Assembly: GCA_038064975.1 (NCBI GenBank)
Contig: JBBTRX010000002.1
Location: 128,880-192,879 of the forward strand
DNA: 64,000 bases
Direction of reading: 5' to 3'
From: Patescibacteria group bacterium
Lineage (GTDB): Bacteria > Patescibacteriota > Minisyncoccia > UBA6257 > 1-14-0-10-40-38
Part shown: positions 29,756 through 39,545 of the stretch, in pieces
Layout of the letters: each line of letters starts with the position of its first letter
How positions within the stretch are numbered: position 1 is the first letter of the stretch
Translations under genes and position numbers: made by a program
Notes under the pieces: generated by a model
Databases searched by the model: none
Told to the model about the DNA's origin: nothing
Seen by the model: only the letters and a program-made list of their open reading frames with translations

Positions 29756-30279
29756 AATGATGCGTTCGTGGTTACGCGCTGAATGTCATCGTGGTCTTCT
29801 AGCGCCTCTATTGCCTCGGTAATCTGTGTATGGGCTTCGGGAGATATGGATTGCGAGAATTGCGGTTTCCAACCCGAGTCTGTTTTTTCAAAAGACCACA
29901 GCACGCTCCCCTGCCCAGCCATTTTCATATCGTGATCGCCGAGTATTTGTTTAATCTCCGCAATCGTGCGATTCGTGTTGTCGGTAATTCCTTCTATAAT
30001 GAATGCTGATTTTTCCGGACCGTACGCCTCAATAACTACTTCACTTAACTTTTCAGTGTCAGAGCTTTTATGGATCGCCCGTTCAATATTTTCATTCGGC
30101 ACATTATTCTCTCGTGCTTTTTCAATTGCGCTCCGAAGTCGAGGATTAGCGTCCGGTTTTGGATTATCGCGTGCGGCAACTGATATAGCTTTAATAAGCT
30201 TTGAAAACAAAGCCCCGCGTTTTTGGTCAGTAACGCCCTTTTTATGTTTTATTTGACTCCACTTTGAGTGTCCTGACAT
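29752..30279 (-). CDS. yebC: YebC/PmpR family protein (short, 175 aa)
   Basis: MSGHSKWSQIKHKKG, NPRLR.AI.KA, EAYGP, TDNTNRT, LEDHDDIQ.V.TN. Confidence 0.93.
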   Translation of the reverse strand: MSGHSKWSQIKHKKGVTDQKRGALFSKLIKAISVAARDNPKPDANPRLRSAIEKARENNVPNENIERAIHKSSDTEKLSEVVIEAYGPEKSAFIIEGITDNTNRTIAEIKQILGDHDMKMAGQGSVLWSFEKTDSGWKPQFSQSISPEAHTQITEAIEALEDHDDIQRVTTNASL

Positions 30280-30285
30280 GAGTCT

Positions 30286-30557
30286 AGTGCCCTGTTTACA
30301 AAATAGCTTATCATGGCAGGCGTTATTTTTCATTATATTCAAGGCGTGAGGAGCGACGCGTACCTGAAGGTACGCTAGTGAACGAATAACGCGGAAGATG
30401 ATGAAAAAGAGCGTCTGCCCAAAGGGAAAGAGAATTTTCGGCAACATTCTTCGTCATTTCTCCTCGCGGCACTTTTCAAGCGCGGCTTCGTCGTCATTTC
30501 TTGAATCTTATCCGAAAATTCTCTTTCCATGGCAAGTTATTTTGTAAACAGGGCACT
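30286..30557. mobile_element. MITE-like element (272 bp) with 31-bp terminal inverted repeats
   Basis: AGTGCCCTGTTTACAAAATAGCTTATCATGG / CCATGGCAAGTTATTTTGTAAACAGGGCACT (28/31), internal long stems, no transposase. Confidence 0.75.
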
Positions 30558-30633
30558 GGTGTAGGAAAAGGCAGATATAAAAACAAGAAACCCCCGAGCG
30601 CCTGAAATGGCGCCGGGGGGCTTTCGCTCATGA

Positions 30634-31092
30634 TCATGATGAACAGTTGTAAGAACAGTTATGGGAATGATGAGTTCCGCCTTTCCACCCGCTCACAATC
30701 CAATTGCCATTGTTTCCATCTTGCAGCCCTTTTTCTGTGAAGATAAAGAACTGCTGGCGGGTTTGGTTGTAGGGAACATAAATCGGATGCGAGAGTGCTC
30801 CCAGATACTGCCTCCCTCGCCATGCATGTGCGGAGAGAGAGATATGCATTGTTTGAGTGGAATGGTTGGGTTGATGGAGAAACTCCTGCTCTCGGGAGTA
30901 AAGAATCCCATCACTCTTCCTCGGGATGTATCCTCCGATCCGAAAGTGTACGACTAGATCTTCGGGTCCGGCATTTGTGAGCCCAAACTCATTGTCGTAG
31001 AAGAAGGGCAGATTGGTCATGAGAGCAATGTGCGGCATGACGCATCCGACAGAAAATAAGGCCAAAACGGACGCTAGAAAAACGCGCTTCAT
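30634..31092 (-). CDS. Hypothetical lipoprotein
   Basis: Lipobox-like SVGC; TTGACA-17-TATAAT promoter (31163-31135); terminator ~30586-30625. Confidence 0.7.
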   Translation of the reverse strand: MKRVFLASVLALFSVGCVMPHIALMTNLPFFYDNEFGLTNAGPEDLVVHFRIGGYIPRKSDGILYSREQEFLHQPNHSTQTMHISLSAHAWRGRQYLGALSHPIYVPYNQTRQQFFIFTEKGLQDGNNGNWIVSGWKGGTHHSHNCSYNCSS

Positions 31093-31240
31093 GAGTTGTG
31101 TCTCCAGGGTTGTGAACGGTAAGGATCTTCATTCATTATACACCATTATTATCTCTATGTCAAATAAGGATCAACATGCCCTACAATAGTCATTTCTTTT
31201 CTTGTTTTGCGGTATCTCTTGGGATACGATTAAAGGCACG

Positions 31241-32974
31241 ATGGCTCTTCAGAACAACAATCTCAACGAACAGCTTTTGAAAATTAGAGCGAAATCAGAG
31301 GAACGCGAAACTCATCGCGTTGCCGAGAGCACTGGTGTCCCCTATTTTGATGCAACAAAGACGCCCGTCAAAGTTGATGCACTGCGTATGATTCCCGAGG
31401 CTGATGCGCGCAAAGCACGCATTGCAGTTTTTGAATCAGGGGCGGGAATAGTCGCTGTCGCAGCATTGAATCCGAAATCACCGGAGACATTGCGTGCAGT
31501 ACAAGAATTACAAAAGCAAAACGATGTGCGCGTAAAGCTGTTCGCCGCATCGCAGAAAAGCCTTGAGCATTTATGGAGTTTTTATAAATTTGTCGCAGCA
31601 GAAAAAGCTCCGGTTACAAGTCGGGTCAATATTGAAGAGAAGCGGATTATTGAGCTCACAAAAAATCTCCAAACCGTTCCGCAGGTTGAAGCGGAAGTGA
31701 AAGATTTTGATTTTGTAAATCTCTCGGTTACCGATTTTTTGGAAATTATAATCGCGGGAGCGTTGGCGAATCGGGCATCCGACATTCATTTTGAGCCGGA
31801 AGAGGGATTCATAAAACTTCGTTATCGCATAGACGGGGTTCTCCATGACGCGAGTAATGCGGTGCAAAAAAGTTTTTATCCCACAATAGTTTCCCGCATA
31901 AAATTACTTTCTAATTTAAAAATTAACGTTTCCGATAAGCCCCAAGACGGCAGGTTTACTATTCGACTCCCCGCAAAAGACATTGAAATCCGGGTCGCAA
32001 TCGCTCCTTCTGAATTTGGGGAAATTATTGTGCTCCGCGTTTTGGATCCCGCAGCGATTAATCTTTCACTTTCTGATCTTGGATTTAGGGATGACGATTT
32101 GGAAATTGTCGCCACGGAATTAAAGCGCCCGCACGGCATGATTTTAAATACTGGACCCACGGGATCCGGTAAAACGACAACGCTCTATGCGTTTTTAAAA
32201 GCGAAGCACAGCTCTGAAATTAAAATCATTACCATTGAAGATCCGATTGAATATCATTTAGAAGGCATTGAACAAACACAAATTAACGCCCAAGCGGGAT
32301 ATACGTTTGGAAATGGATTGCGCTCAATTATGCGGCAGGATCCGGACGCAATTCTTGTAGGCGAAGTACGAGACAAAGAAACGGCGGAGATAGCGATTCA
32401 AGCGGCGCTTACCGGCCATCTTGTTTTCTCAACCGTCCACGCGAACGATGCAGCCGGCGCAGTTCCCCGATTCCTTGACCTTGGAGTAAAACCGACAAGC
32501 CTTGCTCCCGCATTAAACCTCTTGATTGCCCAGCGTTTAGTTCGCCGCTTATGCGAAGCGTGCAAAAAAGAAAAGCCAATTACTGCGGACTTGAAAACGC
32601 GCATTGATATTTTTATCAAAAAACTTCCCGCACGAGTAAACCGCGAAAATCTGAAAAAGATTGCGCTATTTGATCCTCAGGGATGTGAAAAATGCGCCGG
32701 TACCGGGTTCCGAGGGCGCGTCGCTATCTTTGAACTTCTCTTAAATGATCCAGGGTATACACGACTCAAAGAAAAAGGAGAGGTGGAAGAACTGGCTACG
32801 GAACGAGAATTCGAAGAACTTATTTTGAAAAGCGCGGGTGAAAATGAAATCCAAGAATATGCAGTGAAGCAAGGTATGGTAACTATGCAGGAGGATGGTA
32901 TAGTAAAAGTGTTAGGCGGAGTAACAACTTTTGAAGAAGTGGCGGAAGTCACGGGAGTAATCCACTGGCTTTAA
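31241..32974 (+). CDS. pilB: GspE/PilB-family type IV pilus assembly ATPase
   Basis: ASDIHFEP, RYRIDG, PQDGRF, GPTGSGKTTTLY, TIEDPIEY, RQDPD, GEVRD, TGHLVFSTVH, CxxC pairs. Confidence 0.9.
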   Translation: MALQNNNLNEQLLKIRAKSEERETHRVAESTGVPYFDATKTPVKVDALRMIPEADARKARIAVFESGAGIVAVAALNPKSPETLRAVQELQKQNDVRVKLFAASQKSLEHLWSFYKFVAAEKAPVTSRVNIEEKRIIELTKNLQTVPQVEAEVKDFDFVNLSVTDFLEIIIAGALANRASDIHFEPEEGFIKLRYRIDGVLHDASNAVQKSFYPTIVSRIKLLSNLKINVSDKPQDGRFTIRLPAKDIEIRVAIAPSEFGEIIVLRVLDPAAINLSLSDLGFRDDDLEIVATELKRPHGMILNTGPTGSGKTTTLYAFLKAKHSSEIKIITIEDPIEYHLEGIEQTQINAQAGYTFGNGLRSIMRQDPDAILVGEVRDKETAEIAIQAALTGHLVFSTVHANDAAGAVPRFLDLGVKPTSLAPALNLLIAQRLVRRLCEACKKEKPITADLKTRIDIFIKKLPARVNRENLKKIALFDPQGCEKCAGTGFRGRVAIFELLLNDPGYTRLKEKGEVEELATEREFEELILKSAGENEIQEYAVKQGMVTMQEDGIVKVLGGVTTFEEVAEVTGVIHWL

Positions 32975-33104
32975 GCGCATTGATCTGGGGGCGAAATGTT
33001 TCGTGGGAGAAACAGAACTAGAGTTACTCCGAGGATAGAGTCAGTCGGAACCGAATCGTCCTGGGCTAAGAGTAAATCCTAGCCCCCAGGTCAATATGCT
33101 TGAA
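32973..33104 (-). ncRNA. Candidate structured small RNA (~130 nt)
   Basis: 20-bp closing stem with internal hairpins; own promoter TTGACT-17-TACAAT (33140-33112); no convincing ORF. Confidence 0.55.
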
Positions 33105-33171
33105 GAGAGCTATTGTAGCATATTAAATATTAGAAGTCAATACCCAGCGAATTAACCGCCGGGAGTCCCCT

Positions 33172-34173
33172 ATGGAGCCAAAATTAGAGCATAATAATGA
33201 AGAGCAGGTCATTGACGTAATGCTCCGTCCGCAGAAGTGGGATGAGTACGTAGGACAGGAGCGCGTTAAAGACCAATTGCATGTTATTTTGACCGCGGCA
33301 AAGCAACGCGGTGAACCGTGTGACCATCTTTTATTTTACGGCCAGGCAGGTTTGGGAAAAACTACACTTGCTCATCTTGTTGCTCAGGAACTCGGTGCAA
33401 ATTGTAAAGTGACTTCCGGTCCTACTCTGGAGCGTGTCGCGGATCTCGCGGCAGTGCTTACGAATTTGGATTCCGGCGATGTCTTGTTTATTGATGAGGC
33501 TCACCGTTTGAATCGCATGATTGAAGAAGTGCTCTACCCAGCAATGGAGGCGCGGAAGCTTAATATTATGGTTGGCAAAGGCCCGGGTGCACGAAGCGTC
33601 GCGCTTGATCTCCCGCCGTTTACCCTAGTTGCCGCGACGACGCGAGCGAATTTACTCTCCGGTCCGCTTCGTTCCCGTTTTGGAGCATCGTTTAAATTAG
33701 ATTATTATGAACTCCCAGATATTGAAAAGATCCTTTTCCGATCCGCGGATATTTTAGGAATGAGTATTGATGCGGAAGCGACTAAGATACTTGCTGCGGC
33801 ATCGCGGTTCACTCCCCGATCGGCAAATCGTTTGCTTCGCAGATCGCGTGACTACGCACAAGTCAGTAATGAAACACGTATTACGGCCTCACTCGCGCAG
33901 AAAACATTAGATCTTCTTGAAATTGATTCGCTGGGACTTGATACCTACGATCGTCGACTTCTCCGAACCATTATTGAAAAATTCCACGGAGGGCCCGTGG
34001 GGCTGGGAACGCTTGCTGCGGCCTTAAATGACGACAAGGGTAATATTGAAGAGGTGTATGAGCCATATTTAATGAGTATCGGCCTTTTAGTACGGACCTC
34101 TTCGGGACGGATGGTTGCTGACGAAGCATACACTCATCTTAAAAAAGAACTTCCAGATTCTCGTTTGTTGTAA
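33172..34173 (+). CDS. ruvB: Holliday junction helicase RuvB
   Basis: LRPQ.WDEYVGQ, GLGKTTLA, TSGP, FIDEAHR, LYPAME, ATTR, PLRSRFG, GGPVGL, YEPYL. Confidence 0.98.
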   Translation: MEPKLEHNNEEQVIDVMLRPQKWDEYVGQERVKDQLHVILTAAKQRGEPCDHLLFYGQAGLGKTTLAHLVAQELGANCKVTSGPTLERVADLAAVLTNLDSGDVLFIDEAHRLNRMIEEVLYPAMEARKLNIMVGKGPGARSVALDLPPFTLVAATTRANLLSGPLRSRFGASFKLDYYELPDIEKILFRSADILGMSIDAEATKILAAASRFTPRSANRLLRRSRDYAQVSNETRITASLAQKTLDLLEIDSLGLDTYDRRLLRTIIEKFHGGPVGLGTLAAALNDDKGNIEEVYEPYLMSIGLLVRTSSGRMVADEAYTHLKKELPDSRLL

Positions 34174-34176
34174 CTC

Positions 34177-34644
34177 GTGAAACCAATAGGAACACAACAT
34201 ATTAACGGTGTGCGCGCGATGGAATCTTTCGCGCGCGATTTTGTGCGCGATGCTATAGGGTTGCACAAAAAATCTCACGCACTTATATTCGCGCTCTCGG
34301 GAAATTTAGGTTCGGGGAAGACCGCATTCGTGCGCGGAGCTGCCGAATCGCTAAAAGCCAAGGGGGCAGTAACAAGTCCAACATTTATCATCGTGCGTCG
34401 ACTCTCGCTTAAAGAAGCAGACGAATATAACAATCTTTTTCATGTTGATTTGTATAGGATTAAAACCGTGGAGGAGTTAAAGCAGTTAGAGCTTGAAGAT
34501 GCAATGCGGAACCATCGCAATATCATTTTCATTGAATGGCCGGAGAAGGCAGAGTATATAATTCCTCCCGGGTCATTTCTTCTTTCGTTTGAATATGGAG
34601 AGGGCGAAGACGATCGCACCGTTGCTTGGTCTCGTAAAGCATGA
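34177..34644 (+). CDS. tsaE: tRNA t6A biosynthesis ATPase TsaE
   Basis: LSGNLGSGKTAFVRG, VTSPTF, HVDLYR, IEWP. Confidence 0.95.
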   Translation: MKPIGTQHINGVRAMESFARDFVRDAIGLHKKSHALIFALSGNLGSGKTAFVRGAAESLKAKGAVTSPTFIIVRRLSLKEADEYNNLFHVDLYRIKTVEELKQLELEDAMRNHRNIIFIEWPEKAEYIIPPGSFLLSFEYGEGEDDRTVAWSRKA

Positions 34645-34671
34645 TATATAACTTCAATAGAATCTAGAAAT

Positions 34672-35922
34672 ATGAACGTAAAAACAAAAAAACTTCCTGC
34701 ATCGCAATACACGCTTATCGTTGAGCTTTCTCAGGAAGAATTCCATGCATATTGGGAGACATCATATACTCGCGCTATGGGGAGCGTTGAGTTAAAAGGC
34801 TTCAGAAAAGGAACAGCTCCGCGTGAACTCGTAGATTCCGCACTCAATAAAGAAGCGATTTTTCAGGATGCAGTAGATCACGCAGTGCGTGACACTCTAC
34901 ACAATATTTCGGAAGATAATCATTGGGGTTTTGTTGATTCTCCTAAGATAGAAGTAAAAAGCTCGGCACCGCTGTTTTCTAAAGAAAAATTAAAGGACAA
35001 GAGTCCGGGTCTCGTATATACGGCGGATATTACGATATTTCCCGAAGTGAAGCTCGGTGATTATAAAAAAATTGCGGCACAGGCATTGAAAGAAAAGAAC
35101 GAGGCGCCCGTCTCCAATGAGGAGATCGATCAAGCGATAAAATGGCTACAAAGCTCTCGTGCGACGGAAGTGCGGATGCTTCGTGAGACCAAGAAAGGCG
35201 ACGCAATTGAAGTAAGTATTGAGAGTACGGTGGACGGCAACCCTATTCCTGGCGGATCGCTTGAATACGATAAGTTTGTTGTCGGCGAAAGCAAATTTCT
35301 TCCTGGGTTTGATGATGCGCTTCTCGGCGTAAAAGAAGGAGAGATAAAAAAATTCACACTTACTGCGCCAACTGATTATTGGCAAAAAGATCTGCAAGGT
35401 AAGGATATTTCTTTCTCCGTTGTTGTGAAGGGCGTATTTGAGCGGACGCTCCCCGAAATAAACGATGCGTTTGCGGAATCCCTCGGCGGAACATTTAAAA
35501 CAGTTGAGGATATTAAAAAGAATATTCGCGAAGGCATTGCTACCGAAAAGGAAGCAAAAGAATCAGAACGAATTCACGCGAAAATGCTTGAAGAGTTGGT
35601 GAAACAGTCTGAGAGCGATCCTCCTACGATTATGATTGAGAAATCTGTCGATAATCTGGTACAGGAAGTGAAACAGTTAAATCCGGATGCGAAAGAAGAC
35701 GAAACAGCGCGAGAGACGTTACGGGGCAAAGCAAAAGAACGCTTGATGGCGCACCTTGTTCTCCACGCGCTCGCTGAGCGGGAAAGTCTGAATCCTAGCG
35801 AGGAAGAAGTGAGCGAAGAATTACGCCGGCGCAGTCTTGACCGAGATACCTACTACGACTATATTTATGGCATATTACGGCACAGAAATATCTTCGCCTT
35901 TTTGGAGAGATCGTCACAATAA
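34672..35922 (+). CDS. tig: Trigger factor
   Basis: [10 protein letters not shown] ribosome-binding motif; FKBP-like [11 protein letters not shown]; precedes clpP. Confidence 0.95.
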   Translation: MNVKTKKLPASQYTLIVELSQEEFHAYWETSYTRAMGSVELKGFRKGTAPRELVDSALNKEAIFQDAVDHAVRDTLHNISEDNHWGFVDSPKIEVKSSAPLFSKEKLKDKSPGLVYTADITIFPEVKLGDYKKIAAQALKEKNEAPVSNEEIDQAIKWLQSSRATEVRMLRETKKGDAIEVSIESTVDGNPIPGGSLEYDKFVVGESKFLPGFDDALLGVKEGEIKKFTLTAPTDYWQKDLQGKDISFSVVVKGVFERTLPEINDAFAESLGGTFKTVEDIKKNIREGIATEKEAKESERIHAKMLEELVKQSESDPPTIMIEKSVDNLVQEVKQLNPDAKEDETARETLRGKAKERLMAHLVLHALAERESLNPSEEEVSEELRRRSLDRDTYYDYIYGILRHRNIFAFLERSSQ

Positions 35923-35927
35923 CTACT

Positions 35928-36527
35928 ATGAACGAATACAACCAATACCTCATCCCGACTGTTATTGAAAAATCACAATATGGAGAACGGGCGTACGACA
36001 TTTTTTCCCGTCTTCTTAAAGAGCGCATTATTTTTTTAAGCGGCCCCGTGAGTGATCAGATGGCAAGTTTGGTAATTGCCCAGCTACTGCTCTTAGAGCA
36101 CGAAGATCCTAAAAAAGATATCAAGCTCTACATTAATAGTCCCGGAGGTTCGGTGACTGCAGGTCTCGCGATTTATGATGCAATGCAATACGTAAAACCA
36201 GATGTTTCTACGATCTGCGTAGGAATGGCAGCTTCCATGGGTGCGGTGCTTCTCGCGGCTGGTGCAAAAGGAAAACGTCTCGTGCTTCCTAATTCGGAAA
36301 TATTACTTCACCAGGTTATGGGCGGTGCTCAAGGTCAAGCGGTAGAAATTGAAATTACGGCAAAGCACATCATTAATATTAAAAATAAGTTGAATCAGAT
36401 TCTCGCGAAGCATACGAAGCAATCCCTTTCCCGTATTGAGAAAGATACTGATCGCGATTTCTACTTGAATGCGGAAGACGCGAAAGAGTATGGTCTTATT
36501 GATCAAGTAATTAATCCGAAGCGATAA
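35928..36527 (+). CDS. clpP: ClpP protease subunit
   Basis: [41 protein letters not shown]. Confidence 0.98.
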   Translation: MNEYNQYLIPTVIEKSQYGERAYDIFSRLLKERIIFLSGPVSDQMASLVIAQLLLLEHEDPKKDIKLYINSPGGSVTAGLAIYDAMQYVKPDVSTICVGMAASMGAVLLAAGAKGKRLVLPNSEILLHQVMGGAQGQAVEIEITAKHIINIKNKLNQILAKHTKQSLSRIEKDTDRDFYLNAEDAKEYGLIDQVINPKR

Positions 36528-36609
36528 TTGGTATTGCGCTTAAGTGAGGCAAACAAAGAGGCGAGGTAAACTCGCTTCTTTTGTTGTCTTTAGGTAGAAT
36601 AAAAACCAT

Positions 36610-37788
36610 ATGCAGACGCAAAATAATGATTTTCGGAGTGTTCTCACGCGTGGCGTGGAAGACGTTATTGTAAAAGAAGATTTAGAGCGCGCGCTTGCTT
36701 CCGGTAAAAAACTGCGCATTAAGTTAGGAATTGATCCTACGGGTCCCAATATCCACTTAGGGCGTGCAATCCCCCTTCGCAAGCTTCGTGCATTTCAGGA
36801 TTTAGGGCATACCGCAGTTTTAATTGTCGGAGACTTCACAGCGTTAATTGGAGACCCGTCCGATAAGCTCGCTAAGCGCCCTATGCTTACGCCTGGAGAC
36901 GTGAAAACGAACATGAAGCGGTATAAGGAGCAGCTCGGGAGTATTGTTGACCTTAGGCGGGCAGAATTGCACTACAACAGTAAATGGCTAAAAAAGATGA
37001 ATCTTGGCGATATGGCGCGGCTTGCGGAGAGTTTCTCCGTTCAACAGATGGTTGCGCGCAGAAACTTTAAAGATCGTTGGGATCGAAATGAAGAGATAAG
37101 TTTGCGGGAATTTCTCTATCCCCTAATGCAGGGGTACGACAGTGTTGCTGTTCATGCCGATGTTGAAATCGGAGGGTTTGACCAACTTTTTAATTTAAAA
37201 GCAGGACGTATCGTGCAAAAGCATTACGGAGAGCCGGAGCAAAACATTTTGACCACAAAAATGCTATTAGGCCTTGATGGAAGAAAGATGACTACGACAT
37301 GGGGAAATACTGTGGCTATTAACGATGAGCCGAATGATATGTTTGGAAAAATCATGTCGTTGGATGATTCGCTCATGAGTGATTACTTCTTGCTCTGTAC
37401 GGACATGGAGGAAGCGGAAATCGCGGCTGAACTCGCTCGCAGTCCTCGCGACACTAAAATGCGCCTTGCAAGAGAGATTGTTTCTATTTACCACAGCAAA
37501 CAGATCGGCGAGAAAGCTGAAGCGGAGTTTAAGCGTATTTTTTCCGAAAAGAAAATCAATGAAGCTGAACTGCCAATCTTACGCATGGGGAGTGAAAAGA
37601 GTATAAATGCGGATGATATCGTATTAAAAAGCGGAGTTGTGCTTAGCCGAAATGCCGCCCGTCGGATTATTGAACAAGGAGGGTTTGAAATTAACGGTAA
37701 GAAGATCATGAATCCGCAGGACGCAGTCTCCTTACATGCGGGAGATGTCGTAAAGATTGGAAAGAAAGATTTCTTCCGAATTGGGTAA
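36610..37788 (+). CDS. tyrS: Tyrosine-tRNA ligase
   Basis: KLGIDPT..IHLG, IGDPS, YPLMQGYD, GG.DQ.FN, GLDG.KM, C-terminal S4 domain. Confidence 0.97.
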   Translation: MQTQNNDFRSVLTRGVEDVIVKEDLERALASGKKLRIKLGIDPTGPNIHLGRAIPLRKLRAFQDLGHTAVLIVGDFTALIGDPSDKLAKRPMLTPGDVKTNMKRYKEQLGSIVDLRRAELHYNSKWLKKMNLGDMARLAESFSVQQMVARRNFKDRWDRNEEISLREFLYPLMQGYDSVAVHADVEIGGFDQLFNLKAGRIVQKHYGEPEQNILTTKMLLGLDGRKMTTTWGNTVAINDEPNDMFGKIMSLDDSLMSDYFLLCTDMEEAEIAAELARSPRDTKMRLAREIVSIYHSKQIGEKAEAEFKRIFSEKKINEAELPILRMGSEKSINADDIVLKSGVVLSRNAARRIIEQGGFEINGKKIMNPQDAVSLHAGDVVKIGKKDFFRIG

Positions 37789-37824
37789 TCTTGATAAAAA
37801 TTTAACATTCTATAATATATAGAT

Positions 37825-37970
37825 ATGCTTCTCAACAAAAAGATTTCTACGTGGTCTAGCTTTACTTCCAATTCCTCTCATCTTTATCAAGGGGAAGTTT
37901 AAATACTAAACAATAATTTCTGGTATACATTCGTTAACAAACTTCCCTTTGAGGAAGTTTGTTTTTATTT
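37825..37970 (+). promoter_or_regulatory. Candidate leader-peptide attenuator
   Basis: 25-aa ORF 37825-37902; terminator 37936-37963 with T-tract; competing 12-bp antiterminator 37889-37900/37939-37950. Confidence 0.6.
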
Positions 37971-37994
37971 ATTACATTAATGTATTAAACGAAC

Positions 37995-38945
37995 ATGGAA
38001 ATTCTTATAGAAAATTTAATCTTTAAAGGCATTCATGGTTATACACAAAAAGAAAAGATTAACCCGCAGCGTTTTATTCTCAATATTAATGTCGAGGGAG
38101 ATTTCGATGGGGCGGCTGCAAAAGATGATCTTCAAAAAACTGCCGATTATCGGCAGTTAAAAGAAGTTGCAAGGAAAGTCATAGAAACTGAACGCTATGA
38201 TCTTTTAGAAACAATTGCCGACAAAATTGCTAATACGATTATAAAGGATCCAATTATTCGGAGGGTCACGGTTTCAGTGAGCAAGCCGGATATTTGGGGA
38301 AATGGAGTTCCAACTGTTACGGTGAGCAAGAATCAGCTGCTGCCTAATCTGAATCTAATTGATTTTGATTGCCATCGCCTTATCCAAGAACTTTGGTCGC
38401 ACGGCGGGGTTTCTTTACCGATCCTGCCGATTGAGAGGCGACTATCCTTATTAACAGAAGCAGAAAAATATCAATTTATTAAGCAGCCCGAAATGGCAGA
38501 ATCGCCTCTGGTGCGGGAACAGCTTTCTTCGTGCAGTGAATTTCCGGCTCATAGCCCCTTTTATACATTAGTCGATGATTTTTTTGAAATGCTTTCCAAA
38601 AAAATTCCAGCGGATGAATGGAATTCAATTTTTCCCACTCCACTAAGATTCAATGAAATGTCGCTTCAGTTTTATGAGAAGGGATCAATCGGTATTACTC
38701 CACATAAGGATGGAAAATCTAGAATTAATTTAATATGCGTTTTTATTTTAAAAGGAATTGGAAAATATGCACTGGTTGATAATCGGTCTGGCGCTAATCC
38801 TCACTATTTAGACGCTCGTCCGGGCAACGTACTTATTCTGCGAGGTCCGGGGTTTCTGGGGTCTGGATATCAGCCGTTTCATGTAGTAACTGATATTACT
38901 GAAGATCGGATGGTTTTTGGACTTCGCCAACGGATAAATAAATAA
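37995..38945 (+). CDS. folB: Dihydroneopterin aldolase domain fused to 2OG-Fe(II) oxygenase-like domain
   Basis: N-term F.GIHG...EK..PQRF, DDL.KTADY, LLETIA, V.VSKP; C-term HKD...H...R pattern. Confidence 0.8.
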   Translation: MEILIENLIFKGIHGYTQKEKINPQRFILNINVEGDFDGAAAKDDLQKTADYRQLKEVARKVIETERYDLLETIADKIANTIIKDPIIRRVTVSVSKPDIWGNGVPTVTVSKNQLLPNLNLIDFDCHRLIQELWSHGGVSLPILPIERRLSLLTEAEKYQFIKQPEMAESPLVREQLSSCSEFPAHSPFYTLVDDFFEMLSKKIPADEWNSIFPTPLRFNEMSLQFYEKGSIGITPHKDGKSRINLICVFILKGIGKYALVDNRSGANPHYLDARPGNVLILRGPGFLGSGYQPFHVVTDITEDRMVFGLRQRINK

Positions 38946-38953
38946 AAACCGCC

Positions 38954-39430
38954 ATGAATAGAAAAATATCTTACCTATCTCTTGGCTCTAATCTTGGAGA
39001 TCGTGAAAATTATTTATTAAGAGCTATAAAGAAAATTATTACTTACCCCAATAATCTGCTTTTAAAAGTATCCTCTATTTATGAAACAGAGCCATGGGGT
39101 ATGAAAAATACGAAATACGCGCCGAGGTTTTTGAATCAATGCATTAAGATGGAAACTACTCTAACGCCATTTGAGTTGCTGGAATTTTTGGAGTCAATCG
39201 AAAAAGATTTGGGCCGAGTTAAAAAAAATAATTGTGAGTCGCGAACAATTGATCTCGATATCTTATTATACGGAGATGAAATCGTGTGTGCACCAAAGTT
39301 GCAAATACCTCATCGCCATATGCATAAGCGAAAATTTGTTCTGTTGCCGCTTTTAGAGATTGAGCCTTCTTTGCAAGATCCGGTTTCTGGTAAGCGATAT
39401 GCTTCTATCTTGGAAGTACTTAAAGATTGA
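38954..39430 (+). CDS. folK: 6-hydroxymethyl-7,8-dihydropterin pyrophosphokinase
   Basis: LSLGSNLGDR, SSIYETEPWG, FLN, IE..LGR, RTIDLDILLY, IPH..M..R.FVL.PL.EI. Confidence 0.97.
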   Translation: MNRKISYLSLGSNLGDRENYLLRAIKKIITYPNNLLLKVSSIYETEPWGMKNTKYAPRFLNQCIKMETTLTPFELLEFLESIEKDLGRVKKNNCESRTIDLDILLYGDEIVCAPKLQIPHRHMHKRKFVLLPLLEIEPSLQDPVSGKRYASILEVLKD

Positions 39431-39500
39431 GCGGGTAAGGGGAATCGGACCCCTGTCATCAGCTTGGAAAGCTGAGGTAATGCCATTATACGATACCCGC
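39430..39500 (-). tRNA. tRNA-Gly(TCC)
   Basis: GCGGGTA...TACCCGC acceptor; TCAGC-TT TCC AA-GCTGA. Confidence 0.95.
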
Positions 39501-39545
39501 AAATTCTATTTGCCTTTTAGTGTAGCGTTTTCTATAATACTTCCA

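Noticed and set aside
30280-30447. Extended YebC N-terminus
   Set aside because: Read-through from the MITE-like element; the family starts at MSGHSKW.
32997-33014. parS site
   Set aside because: TGTTTC/GAAACA arms are separated by 6 bp instead of the 4-bp ACGT centre.
32986-33089. tmRNA or tRNA (GGGGGCGAAA...GCCCCCA)
   Set aside because: Too short for tmRNA, no tag frame or T-arm, and the promoter points to the opposite strand.
39360-39545. Extended start of ORF 39360..40139
   Set aside because: Overlaps folK and tRNA-Gly; ATG 39546 follows a TATAAT box.
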